DNA of 63,724 nucleotides, filler included, from Chiloscyllium plagiosum (Eukaryota), in the NCBI RefSeq assembly GCF_004010195.1. It is 4 parts of one record of this genome, joined end to end, with 100 filler letters (N's around TTAATTAATTAA, not from the genome) between each part and the next. Parts side by side here need not be neighbours in the genome. Positions count along the whole stretch, not along the records: positions 1 to 29,241 come from NC_057717.1; 3 more parts are not named here. The stretch is one strand, 5' to 3'. The notes under the pieces were generated by a model. It did no database searches, was not told where the DNA came from, and saw only the letters and a program-made list of their open reading frames with translations. Positions within the stretch are counted from its first letter, which is position 1, and every line of letters starts with the position of its first letter. The translations under genes were made by a program, and so were the position numbers. Of the stretch, positions 12,057-24,075 are shown in pieces.

Positions 12057-12524
12057 GAGTCTGACTCAGAGCCTCCGGGGTGTTGATGAATCTTCCCCCA
12101 ACCTCCCAGGGTTTCCTTCCTGATCAGACGCATATTGATTTTATTCCCCCAATCTGGAACCTCTTACTCATTTCCCCCACTCCAACCTCTGATGAGAGCC
12201 ATCCTGCACACACTGGCCAAATCATGTCTGAACTAAAAAGAAACAGATTAGAACTATAATTACAGGCCCACCCTTGACCATTTCCATAACATTCCTGAAT
12301 CTTCACAAGAGTTCTGATAACTTTCTGCAAAATGTTTACACATTGATACTTTGAACACTCGTCGGGATACCAGGGGAGGGGCCAGTCCGCTGGGTCCGGT
12401 TTTCAGAGGGAGGAAGCTGCCAATGACAGATTAATCCCACACACCTACAGCCTCCCTGGCACTGACGTACCATGCACATACGCCAACAATTAGTCAGCAC
12501 TGCGCCCGTGCACTGGTCTCCCTT

Positions 12525-12665
12525 CCTACAGCACATGCTCCAGATCGCACAGGAGCCTGGGTGATTGACAGCAGCTGCTGCCCAATAGGGTGGAGGGGGC
12601 AGGGCTGGAGGACTGGGACAATGGGATTGTCAACAATGAATGAATATGGAGGACACTGGAAGATG
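12525..12665 (-). promoter_or_regulatory. Inverted copy of the repeated promoter cassette (right half)
   Basis: gcacatgctccag...ctgggtgattgacagcagctgctgcccaatagggtggagggggcagggctggagg is the reverse complement homolog of 39660-39745. Confidence 0.65.
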
Positions 12666-13219
12666 GACAAGTCAGTGAGGGACAGGAGCAGTGCAGCACC
12701 AGGAGGGGATACTGGACAAACTGAGCAATGGGAGAGTCTGACAGGAGATAAACTACAGGAAGATTCTGTTTAGAGGCTCAGGCAGGGACAGCCGGGAGAC
12801 CGTATGGCCTGGTGGCTTGGGCATGTTTTCCAATCAGCCTCTTTAAAGATGCTGTTACTCAACTCTGAACCCGATCCTCCTGGTCCAGAGGTAAGGACAC
12901 TACCACCAATTCTTGGTGGGCGAGTGGAAAGAAGGGAAGAATTTCTCAATCTCACTCACATGGAAACTCCATGAGCTCCTCCCACTTACTGTCAACGGTG
13001 GGGATGGAGGATACAGAGCAGGTGGGAGGGGGTTAGGGATATAGGGACTGCCTTTCAAAAGGAACTCACCTGTGTTGGTGATATCAACAAGACTCAATAC
13101 ACAGTCATTAACACAAAGCTGGTGTACTTCAACTTTATCCAGAATATTAACACCCATAGCTGGGTGACACAGACCCCAATGTACAGAGTTAAGTCCTGGA
13201 TATTAATAACGGTTTTGTG

Positions 13220-14190
13220 TGTGATAAATCACGTCTCACGAACTTGAGTCAATTTTTTTGAAGTAACAACAAGAGGATTGATGAGGGCAAAGCGGTGGAA
13301 ATGATCTACGTGGTTGTCAGTAAGGCGTTCAACAAGGTATCCCATGGGAGACTGGTTAGCAAGGTTAGATCTCAGAGAGAACTAGCCATTTGGATACAAA
13401 ACTGGCTCAAAGGCAGAAGGCAGAGGGTGGTGGTGGAAGGTTGCTTGTCAGATTGGAGACCTGTGACCAGTGGAGTGTCACAAAGGATCGGCGCTGGATC
13501 CACTAATTTTCATAATTTATATAAATGATTTGGATGTGAATATAGGAAGTAATGTTAGTTTAGATGACACCAAAATTGGAGGTGTAGTGGACAGTGAAGA
13601 GGATTACCTCAGATTACAACAGGATCTTGATCAGATGGTTGAATATGCTGAGGACTGGCAGATGGAGCTTAATTTAGATAAATGTGAGGTGCTGCATTTT
13701 AGAAAAGCAAATATTAGCAGGATGTATACATTTAATGGTAAGGTCCTCGGGAGTGCTGCTGAACAGAGAGACCTTGGAGTGCAGGTTCATAGCTCCTTGA
13801 AAGCAGAATCGCAGTTAGATAGGATAGTGAAGAAGGTGTTTAGTATGCTTTCCTTTATTGGTCAGAGCACTGAGTACAGGAGGTGGGAAGTCATAGGAGT
13901 TGGGAGGTCATATTGCCGCTGTACAGGGCATTGGTTAGACCAAGTTTGGAATATTCAGTGCAATTCTGGTCTCCTTCCTATCAAAACAATATTGCGAAAC
14001 TTGAAAAGGGTCAGAAAAGAATTACAAATATGTTGCCAGGGTTGGAGGATTTGAGCTACAGGCAGAGGCTGAATACACTGTTTTCCCTGGAGCGTCAGAG
14101 GCTGATGGGTGAACTTATAGAGGTTTATAAAATCAGTAGAGGCATGGATAGGGTAAATACACAAAGTCTTTTCCCTGTGGTGGGGAGGAG
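13220..14190 (+). mobile_element. CR1 LINE ORF2 (RT domain) fragment
   Basis: ORFs 13295, 13470 and 13883: KAFNKVSHGRL, QGSALDPLIFIIYINDLD-like motif across a frameshift, DDTKIGG, LYRALVRPSLEYSVQFWSP. Confidence 0.95.
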
Positions 14191-14429
14191 GCATGATGGG
14201 GGGTGGGAGACAGAGGCGGGAGACCGAGAGCGGAGGGCGACGGTTATTTTGGAGATCTACAACACAACCCTGTTCATGTTTTCTCCCCATCCCCTTCAAT
14301 CTCTCTGAAGGGCTCAGAACAAGTGCACAGTCCCTGGAATGTAGAGTTTCAGGGTGATCAAGTCCTGAAGGTTGCATTTGGGACGCTGACCTTTATTGGT
14401 CTGTGCACTTATCAATAAATGGACGTGGG

Positions 14430-15000
14430 TTCAATTCCACTGTCCTGGATTCATGACTGTGGCCACAGACGCGCCTGTCTCTGACCCTGACTACTGGATC
14501 CCCTGTCACTATAGCTCTGCCATTCTCCTTCCTCCATTTCTGGGCAGTGGAGCTATCTGTGGTGTCATGAACCTGGCTGTTGATTTCCCCATGAAGCCAC
14601 CCCACCTGCTCCCCCCTTATAGAATCCCAAGCGGTACGCAATATCTGTTTGAGAAGGGGAATGATCACTGGGGAATCCTACACTTCCTTCCTGAGCCTTT
14701 TACTTGATCTGATGGTCACCCATTACCTTTCTGCCTGTGTAACCCTCACCTGTAGTGTGACTAACTCACTAAACGTGCTGTCCATAACATTCTCAGTATT
14801 CTAGATGCTCCACGGTAAGTCCACTCACAGCTCCAGGTCTGAAAAGCAGTTTCACAGTAGCTGCAGATGGACACACTTCCTGCACATATATCCGTCAGGG
14901 ACACTGAAAGCGTCCTTTATTTCCCACATTGTACAAGAGGAGCACACCACGGATCTGAGGTCTCCTGTAACAATGTGCCTCTAGATTCAGCTAGTTACTC
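14430..15000 (-). mobile_element. CR1 ORF1 (esterase-type) fragment
   Basis: ORF 14393..14668 GRAIVTGDPVVRVRDRRVCGHSHESR matches the CR1 ORF1 GDS-esterase motif. Confidence 0.8.
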
Positions 15001-15229
15001 CCATTAAGAGAATTTAAATGAGCGAGAAACCTTCCTTCACTTCAAACATTTCCATTATAATGAAAAGCCCCAATCTTTACTTAAGCTGACATTTTATATT
15101 TTTAAAATCTGTTAAACAAAAACTAAGCAGGTTTCACTTACAAACTGGCTGTTCCCATTGGGACCATGTGAATTTCTGAATGGCCTGAACTAAAATTGAA
15201 GCTGTGGTTCACCTTCACCCTGTCTCACC

Positions 15230-15440
15230 ATGCTCTGTTTACACCCAACTCCAAAACACACATTGAGCCAAGCAGCACTCGCAGTTCAGCCCTGCCATTT
15301 TCATTGCCTTCTCACATCTACACTGCCCTCAGCCTCCTGTACTGTTCCAATGCATCTCAATGGAAGCTCAGGAAGTGCATCTCATCTTTCAATTCAGCCC
15401 TTTGTAACCCCAGAGTCAACATAGACTTCAGCAGTTTCTG
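15230..15440 (+). mobile_element. Old Penelope-like GIY-YIG C-terminal fragment
   Basis: cctcctgtactgttccaatg...gaagctcaggaagtgcatctcatctttc...gtcaacatagacttcagcagtttc parallels PLE ORF ends in this window. Confidence 0.5.
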
Positions 15441-15599
15441 GATGAACAGACAGTTGTCAGAAACTGGAACATTCCACCTGAAATGGTGCTGGAATTTGAG
15501 TCCATAAGAAATTTTAATGAGAAGTTTGCAGTGAATTGAAAATAAGGAGTTTACAGGTTAAGATCATGAAGTGGGTGACTGGGACAAAATCTGACATTT

Positions 15600-15895
15600 C
15601 CTACAAAGAGACGAGATGTAATTTGGATAAATCTGTGCTCCCTCTCAGGGCAATATCTCCTTCCACAGCTGCAGGGCCCAGAACAGAGCACAACCCCAAA
15701 GGGTGATCCAACCACAAATTTGAATATGTTTCTGCTTTTTGCTCGAAAAAAAAGATACTTTCCCACAGACAGAACAGACAAACCTTTCTCCTTTCCACAG
15801 TAAAATGTCAATGGTATTCAGATCCTGATGACCCTGATGATGATAGAAAATTGCTTTTGAGATCCCTGTCTCAATTATTCTCAATTAATATCCTA
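15600..15895 (-). pseudogene. Zinc-finger terminal exon remnant
   Basis: Acceptor ttcattttatag|gatattaattgag; ORF 15645..15884 contains KGERFVCSVCGK followed by a frameshifted, decayed finger. Confidence 0.7.
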
Positions 15896-16024
15896 TAAAA
15901 TGAATTCACAAAACAAAGCTAACAGTCAGTGCAAGATGAATAGTGAAGGCAAACACTTCTCTTGGTATGTGTTTGATGTGTAAATGCTACTCTTCAAATC
16001 ACCCCTTCCCCACCCAGGAAGAGG

Positions 16025-16280
16025 ACATGTCCATGTGCCTCGCTGTACATTGCCGCAAATAAAGATGGCGTCCATAACCCAGGACCTATCACTGCCTGAG
16101 GGCCACAGCCATTTTCACATTTGCTGTAAATGTGGGACCAAGAGTCTCTAATTCAGGCCTAACTACATGTGCAGAGTGTAATTAAACCCTCCCAGTCTAA
16201 ACCGGATCCAACTCCCCTTTCCCATTTCCTCATCCTGCACACACCAAGGGTCATTCTAGGTCCAGTGACCCTTCCTCAGA
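16025..16280. promoter_or_regulatory. Copy of promoter cassette (left half, YY1 motif)
   Basis: aataaagatggcg at 16058-16070; ctaattcagg...ctcccagtc shared with 18320-18370. Confidence 0.55.
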
Positions 16281-16304
16281 ACCAACGGCAGCTGGGAAAA
16301 TTTG

Positions 16305-16505
16305 AAAACCTACAGTGTGGTAACAGGCCATTCGGCCCAACAAGTCCACACCCACCCTCTGAAGAGTTTCTCAACCAAACCCATTCCCCGACCCTATTAT
16401 TCTACACTTCCCCTGACTAATGCACCTAACCGATACATCCCTGAGCACTACGGGAAAGTTAGCTGGGCCAAATCACCTAACCTGCATATCTTTGGACTGC
16501 AGGAG
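16305..16505 (-). mobile_element. HE1-like SINE 3' part
   Basis: cctacagtgtggtaacaggccattcggccc...cctaacctgcatatctttggactg is the reverse complement of the SINE tail and core. Confidence 0.8.
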
Positions 16506-18305
16506 ATAGGGGTTAAAAGAGTAAATAATAGGTGGGGATGGAGCCCAAAAGAGACAGAAACATTTGGAAAGACAAAGGAGTGGATAGCAATCTGGCTGGG
16601 AGGGTGCATAGCTGTTAATGGAGGGGACAAGAACCTGTGTCTGGCAGCATCTCAGTGGAGGTGCTGAAAATGGCAGCTGATGATCTACGTTCTGCTGCAA
16701 AACAGACACCTAGCTTCCAATTGCCTGTCACTTTAACACACGAATCTATTCCCTGGCCAACATCTCTGTCTTAGCTTACTGCAGTGTTCCAGTGAAGCTT
16801 GATGCAAGCTGGCAGAACACTCTAGAACATACCAAAACGCCCCGTATTTCAAGGACTGCAATTTCCCCTCCCATGTGGTCAAAAATACTCTCCAGTGCAT
16901 CTCCACCACTTGCCACACCTCGGACATTGGTCCACACCTCTCCAACTGCAACAAGGATAGAACCCTCTAGTCCTCACCTTCCACCTACAACGCATCAGCC
17001 TCCGCCCTTTCCATCACCTATCATCACATCCCACCAGATATATTTCCCTCTCCATTCCTTTCAGCATTCCATAGAGAAAATTCCCTGTGAATTCCTAGTC
17101 AGATCCATCCAGCCTCCACTCCCAGCACCTTCACTTGCCAATGCAAGATGTGTAAAACCTGTGCCCACACCTCCCCCTCACCCCAAAAGGACCTTTCCTC
17201 ATCCAGCAGAGATTTTCCAGCACATCCAAACACCTCACCTATTATGGTCTTTGATTTCGATGTGGTCTCCTCTCCACTGGGGAGTCAGGACACCAACTTG
17301 CGGAATATTTCAGGAACATTTCTGGGACACATGCACCAACCAACCCCACCATCCTGTGGCCGACCACTTCAACTGCCCCACCCACTCCGCCAAGGACATG
17401 CAAGTCCTGGGCCACCTCCACCACCAAATCCCATCCACCCGACGCCTGGAGGAAGAAAACCTCATCTTCCACATTGGGACCCTATAACCACAGAATCAAG
17501 GGTTCCTCATCTCCCCTCCCCTGCCTTATCCCAGATCCAACCCTCCAACTAGACACCACCCTCTTGAGCTGTCCCACCTGTTCAACTTCCTTTCCAATTA
17601 TCCACTCCACCCTCGCTCCATTACCCTCCACCTACATCTACCTATTGCCTTCCTAGCTCCCTTCCCACCAAACCCACACATCTCTCTTATTTATCTCTCA
17701 GCCGTCTTACTACCCCCCTCTCCACCTGATCCCGGCATTCCTGATGAAACGCTTATGCCCAAAACGTCGATTCTCTTGCTCCTGGGATGCTACCTGACCT
17801 GCTGTGCTTTTCCAGCGCCACTCCTTAACGCAAGCTGGAAGAACAACACCTCATCTTCTACTTCGGGACCCTGCACACCTCTATCCCCAGTATCAAATTC
17901 AATAATGTTAACTCCAATGTCCTAGCGCCCTAGCCTCTTAATCCACATACCAGTATTTGTTATCATATTACCTGCCATTATACACTACCTATGGTTAGCT
18001 ACCTATGTTTAGCCACTAACAGTGGCCATAAACAGTTATTCACCCTTCCCCAGCCAGATCGTTATCCACTCCTTTGTCCAACTGCTCCCATCTCTTTCTT
18101 TGGACTCTATCACCACCTATCATTTACTCCTTAACCCCAACCTTCTGCATATTTCTTTTCAGTCACATCAGTTCTGAGGAAGGGTCAGCATATCCAAAAT
18201 GTTAACTCTGATTTCTCTTCACAGATGCTGCCAGACCTGCTGAGCTTTACCAGTACCTTTTGGTTGTGTGTGAGATTTACAGCATCCGCAGTTCTTTTGG
18301 GTCTA
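16505..18305 (+). mobile_element. Nested Penelope-like elements (family A 16820-17829 inserted in family B; inverted family-B piece 16505-16625)
   Basis: ORF 16792..17487 ends EHFWDTCTNQPHHPVADHFNCPTHSAKDMQVLG...RRLEEENLIFHIGTL (GIY-YIG C-terminus); duplicated gcaagctggMagaaca at 16804-16819 and 17830-17845. Confidence 0.88.
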
Positions 18306-18309
18306 ATTT

Positions 18310-18598
18310 ACCAGGAATTTCTAATTCAGGTCTCGCAGCCTAAAACCGTGTGTTTATAAACACTCCCAGTCCATACAAACTCAATTTCTCTCCCAGTCTC
18401 TGCTGTCTCTCTCACTCCCTTCACACTCACTGAGTACACCCCCACCACAGTAACACTGCACCTGCACAGTTCAAGGTCCACTGGACCCACCCCTCATTCA
18501 TTTCCATTGGCTGGAGGATCACACCAACTCTTCTATTGGTCTGAAGCTGATATCAATCACCCGGGCCCCATTGTGACAAAAGTTCTGCGCTCCTCCCA
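18310..18598. promoter_or_regulatory. Copy of promoter cassette (CCAAT-rich half)
   Basis: cccctcattcatttccattggctggagg...ctattggtctgaagctgatatcaatcacccgggccccattgtg homologous to 33750-33845, 32570-32690 and 39680-39730. Confidence 0.6.
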
Positions 18599-18990
18599 GG
18601 AGTATTGGAGGCTGAAGGGTGACCTTATAGAGGTTTATAAAATCATGAGGGGCATGGATAGGATAAAAAGACAAGGTCTTTTCCCTGGGGTGGAGGAGTC
18701 CAGAACTAGAGGGCATAGGTTTAATGTGAGAGGGGAAAGATTGAAAAGGGATCAGAGGGTCAAGATTTTTCACAGTAGGTGGTGCGTGTATGGAATCCTC
18801 TGTCAGGGGAAGTGGTGGAGGTTGGTACAATTAGACCATTTGGCATCTGGATGGGTATATGTATTGGAAGGGTGTAGTGGGATGTGTGCCAAGTGTTAGC
18901 AAATGGGACGAGTTTAGGTTAGGATATCTGGTCAGCATGGACTAGTTTGACCAAAGGGGTTGTTTTCATGCTGTACATCTCTATGACTCT
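18599..18990 (+). mobile_element. CR1 LINE 3' end
   Basis: RLKGDLIEVYKIMRGMDR...SRTRGHRF; ends in ctatgactct; absent from the paralogous site at ~33865. Confidence 0.92.
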
Positions 18991-19424
18991 GCACTGGCAT
19001 GACCTTCAACATTCAGTGAAAGGGGGCAGTATCACAGAGTAGAGGGACTGGGGTCTATTCAGCCCATTGTGCTGTACTCTCTCCCTCTGGAGATGGTGCC
19101 ACTCTGTCCCAACTCACCTCCCATTTGGCTGTAGTCCTCCAAATCCTTCCTTAAAAGAAGCTAAATTGGAAATTTGTTTTGACAATAATTACTGAATCTT
19201 CATCCAGCTGTCGTTCAAACTGATCCAGATGCTTAGAACTTACGGAATAAAATAATGTTCACATTTTTACACTGCATTATTTGCCAATTACTTGAAAGTA
19301 GTTACTAAAAAATGTGACGTTAATAATTTTTCCCTCTGTCTCTCTAAATTAAATATCCTGGAAAGAAATCTGGTCCTTGCTAACTCTCTACATAGAGAAA
19401 CTTATCTTAATTTTAATGTTTCAG

Positions 19425-20425
19425 TGTTATCGAGATGTACAGTACAGAAACCAACCATTCGGTCCAACTTGTCCATGCCGACCAGATATTCTAAATTAAT
19501 CTCGTCCTATTTGACAGCACTTGGCCCATAACCTTCTAATCCTTTCCTAAACACTTACCCAAATCAGATGCCTTTTAAATGTTGCAATTGTACCAGCCAC
19601 CACACCATCTCTGGCAGCTCATTACATACACATACCACGTTCAGCTTGAAAACAATGCCCCTCAGATCCCGTATAAATTGTTTTCCTCACTCGTTAAGCC
19701 TGTGCCCCATAGATTTGGACTCACCTAACCTGGGAATAAGATCCTGGTTGTTCACCCTATCCATGTCTCTCACAATTGTATCAACCACTGAGGACACCTC
19801 TCAGCATCCGATGCTCCAGGGAAAACAGCCCCAGCCTATTCAGCCCATCCCTATATCGCTGAAACCCTCAACCCTAGTAACATCTTTGCACATCTTTTCT
19901 GAACCCTTTCAAGTTTCACAATATCATTCCGATAGTGGGGAAACCAGGACTGAAAGCAGAATTCCAGAAGTGGCTGAATCAATGTGCTGAACAGCCACAA
20001 AATGCCGTCACAACTCCTGTACTCAATCCACTAACCAGTAAAGGCAAGGATACTTAACGCCTTCTTCACTACCCTGCCTATCTATGATTCCACTTTCAAG
20101 GAACTATGAACCTGCACTGCAAGATCTCTTTGTTCAGCAACGCACCCCAGGACCTTCCCATTAAGTGTATAAGTACTGCCCTGATTTGATTTTCCAAAAT
20201 GGAGCACCTCACATTTTTCTGAATTAAACTCCATCTGCCACTCCTCAGCCCATTTGTTTGAAGTCCCATTGTACTCTGAGGTAAACTTCTTCCCTGTCCA
20301 CTGCACCTCCAATTTTGGTAATTATGTAAAGTCACTGACCATACCTCCGATATTCACATGGAAAACATTTACATAAATGATGAAAAACAGTGGACCCAGC
20401 AACGATCCTTACAGCATATTGCTCA
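19425..20425 (-). mobile_element. CR1 LINE 3' portion
   Basis: ORF 20082..20312 WAEEWQMEFNSEKCEVLHFGKSN; 3'UTR at 19425-19540. Confidence 0.92.
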
Positions 20426-20429
20426 TAAA

Positions 20430-22220
20430 ACATAGAATATTAAAGCACAGTACAGGCCCTTCGGCCCTCGATGTTGCGCCGACCTGTCATACCAATCTGA
20501 AGCCCATTTAACCTACACTATTCCATGTACGTCCATATGCTTGTTAAATAACGACTTAAATGTACTTAAAGTTGGTGAATCTACTACCGTTGCAGGCGTA
20601 GCATTCCATACCTTTACTACTCTGAGTAAAGAAATTACCTCTGACATCTGTCCTCTATCTATCACCCTTCAATTTCAGGCTATGCCTCCTCGTGGTTGCC
20701 GTCACTATTCTTGGAAAAAGGCTCTCCCTGTCCACCCTATCTAACCCTCTGATTATCTTGTATGTCTCTATTAAGTCACGTATCAACCTTTTTCTCTCTC
20801 ATGAAAACAGCCTCAAGTCCCTCAGCCTTTCCTCGTAAGACCTTCCCTCCATACCAGGCAACATCCTAGTAAATCTCCTCTGCACCCTTTCAACGCTTCC
20901 ACATCCTCCTTATAATGCGGTGACCAGAACTGTACACAATACTCCAAGTGCAGCCTCACTAGAGTTTTGTTCAGCTGCAGCATAACCTCATGGTTCCGGA
21001 CCTCGATCCCTCTATTAATAAAAGCTAAAACACTGTGTGCCTTCTAAACAACCCCGTCAACCTGGGTGGCAACTTTCAAGGATCTGTGTACCTGGACACC
21101 AAGATCGCTCTGCTCATCCACATGACAAAGAATCATAACATTAGCCCAGTACTTTGCATTCCAGTTACTCCGACCAAAGTGAATCACCTCACACTTGTCC
21201 GCATTAAACTTCATTTGCCACCTCTCAGCCCAGCTCTGCAGCTTATCTAAGTCTCTCTGTAACGTACAACATCCTTTGTCACTATCCACAACTCCACCGA
21301 CCTTAGTGTTGTCTGCTAAACCCACCCTTCTACGCCCTCATACAGGTCGTTTATGAAAATGACGAATAGCAGTGGACCCAACACCTACTCTTGCGGTACA
21401 CGACTGGTAACTGGACTCCAGGATGAACATTTTCCATCAACCACCACTGTCTGCTTTCAGCAAGCCAATTACTGATCCAAACCACCATCCCATCCTTCTG
21501 CATTTTGTACAATAGTCTACTGTGGGGAACTTTATCGAACGCCTTGCTGAAATCCATATACTCCACAACAACCAGTTTACTCTCATCTACCTGTTTGGTC
21601 ACCTTCTCAAAGAACTCAACAAGGTTTGTGAGGCAAGACCTACCCTTCACAAAACCGTGCTGACTATCCCTAATCGAATTATTATTTTCTGGATCCTATC
21701 TGTAATAACCTTTTCTAACACTTTAGCAACAGTAAGGCTCACTGGTCTATAATTACCAGGGTTGTCTCTACTCCCCTTCTTGAATGGGGGAACCACATGT
21801 GCTATCCTCCAGTCTTCTGGCACTATTCCTGTAGACAATGATGATTTAAAGATCAATGTCAAAGGCTCGGCAATCTCCTCCCTGGCTTCCCAGAGGATCC
21901 TAGGATAAGTCCACTGGGCCAGATGGGTTTTATCTATTTTCACATTCTGCAAGATTTCTAATACCTCTTCCTTATGAACCTCAATCCCATCTAGTCTAGT
22001 AGCCTGTATCTCAGTAATCTCGACAACATTGTCGTTTTCTAAAGTGAATAATGTTGAAAAATATTCATTTAGTGCTTCCCCTATCTCGTCTGACTCCACA
22101 CACAACTTTCCAATCCTCTCCTTGATTGGCCCTAATCTTATTCGTCATTCTTTTGTTCCTTAAATACCTATGGAAAGCCTTAGGGTTACCCTGATCCTAT
22201 CCGCCAACAATTTCTCCTAC
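20430..22220 (-). mobile_element. CR1 LINE (second subfamily), ORF2 RT to 3' end
   Basis: ORFs 21044, 21351 and 21647: SCLTNLVEFF, DFSKAFDKVPH, GIVPEDWRIAHVVPPFKKGSRDNPGNYRPVSLT. Confidence 0.95.
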
Positions 22221-22399
22221 CGCCCCTATACTCCTCCAGGAATTCATACAAACACAGCTGTCTGCACCTGCCATATCCCTCCTTCATTTTCTTGACGAGA
22301 CCCTCAATTTCTCTCGACAGGCAACATTCCCTACACCAGCTGTTAAGGCCTTAACAGGATCATACTGTCTGTGTACTCTCGTTGTCGCGGGCCTATGGA

Positions 22400-23645
22400 C
22401 GCAATGGCAGATGAGGACAGAGAAGCAATCATTCTCAGTAAAGAGGTAGTGTTGGGAAAGATAACAGCCGAAAGATAGATGGGTCGCCTGGCCGTGATGG
22501 AATGCATCCCAGGGGACGTTAACAGGTGGCAGAGGGACAATGGCAAATGCACTCGTGATAATTCCCTAAAATTTGATGAACTCTGGGACAGTTCTGACAG
22601 ATTGGCAAGCTACAAATGTGATGCGAATATTTTAAAATGGACCTGTTAGCATAACGTCTTTGTTAGGGGAAATGCCCGATCTCTTAAGGAAGAAATAGTG
22701 AGCTATGTGGATAGAAATTATCTCATTGAGCAGACACAGCATCGATTCATGAAAGGTAGACTTCACTAAGATGAGTGGTAGAGCAATGTCTGCAGTGGCC
22801 ACTGTAAGTCTGCACAGGGATACAGATAGGTTAAGTGAGTGGGTAAGGATCTGGCAGATGGAGGACAAGGTTGGGAAATGTGAAGTCATACATTTTGGTC
22901 AGACCAACAGCAAACTGATGATGAAATGGTGAAAACTTGCAGCATGCTGCTGTACAGAGGGAGCTGGGTGTCCTTGTGCATGAATCACAGGAAGTTGGTT
23001 TGCAGGTACAGCAGGTAAATAAGACAGTGAAGGGAATATTGTCCTTCATTGGTAGAGGGATGGTTATGCTGTAGCTGTACAGGATGCTGGAGGGGTCACA
23101 CATGGAGTACTGTGTACAGGTTTGGTCCCCTTACATTAACAAGGATGTACTGGCACTGGAGGGAGTACAGAGGAGGATCACTAGTTTCAGTCAGGATTTC
23201 AGAGGGTTGGCGTATGCGGAGAGATTGAGGAAACTGGTAGTATGCTCATTGGAATTTCGAAGTATTGGAGGTTGGATAGGAAAAAAAATAAAATTATGAA
23301 CGGATTAGATAAGATAGAATCAGGGAGGTGATTTCCACTGGGGGTGGGTCAAACTAGGGAGCAGAGCATCAAAATAAGGGGTTATCAGATTTAGGACTGA
23401 GTTCAGGATGGACTTCTTCAGCTAAATCTGTGAAATTTGCTGCTGAGTGCAGCAGTTTAGGTTATCAACTTGACTATCTATAGGTCAAAAGGTAGATTTG
23501 TGAACAGGAAAGTAATTAAGGATTATGGTGAAAGATCAGGAATGTGGAGCTGAGGCCATGAAAGGATCAGCCCTGATCTTATTGAATGGCAGAGCAGGCT
23601 TGAGGGGCCAGGTAGCCTACTCCTGCTCCTCTTCCTTATGTTATG
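22400..23645 (+). mobile_element. CR1 LINE (older subfamily), internally deleted
   Basis: ORF 23084..23299 HMEYCVQVWSPYINKDVLALEGVQRR; tail cttatgttatgtt. Confidence 0.88.
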
Positions 23646-23799
23646 TTCCCACTTTCCAGTCGTCCCTTTCCCTGGGAATAGCAAAGGAATATTGAAAGTT
23701 CTCGCCTTGTACTGTCAAAAGTTGCCTTTGTCCAATTTAGAACACCGTTTAGATCTGGTCTATTAATTTCTTTAGCTCTTTTAAAACTAGTAGAATTAT

Positions 23800-24075
23800 C
23801 AGAGAATCCTGACAGCGTGTAAGTAGGCCATTCAGCCCATCACAACCACACTGACCCTCAGAAACTCCTTCCTTACCACTGTAACGCTGCATTTCCCATG
23901 GCTAATCCACCTAGCGTGCACATCCCTGAACACTTTGGGCAATTTCACGTGGCAAATCCACCTAACCTGCAGATCCCTGAACAATATGGGCAATTCAGCC
24001 TGGAATATCCACACAACCTGCATATCTTTAGATAGTGAGGGGAAACCAGAGCAAACAGACGAAACCCACGCAGAT
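23800..24075 (-). mobile_element. HE1-like SINE with internally repeated core
   Basis: Three tandem copies of atccacctaacctgcacatccctgaacac-like unit; ggaaaccagagcaaacagacgaaacccacgcaga. Confidence 0.8.
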
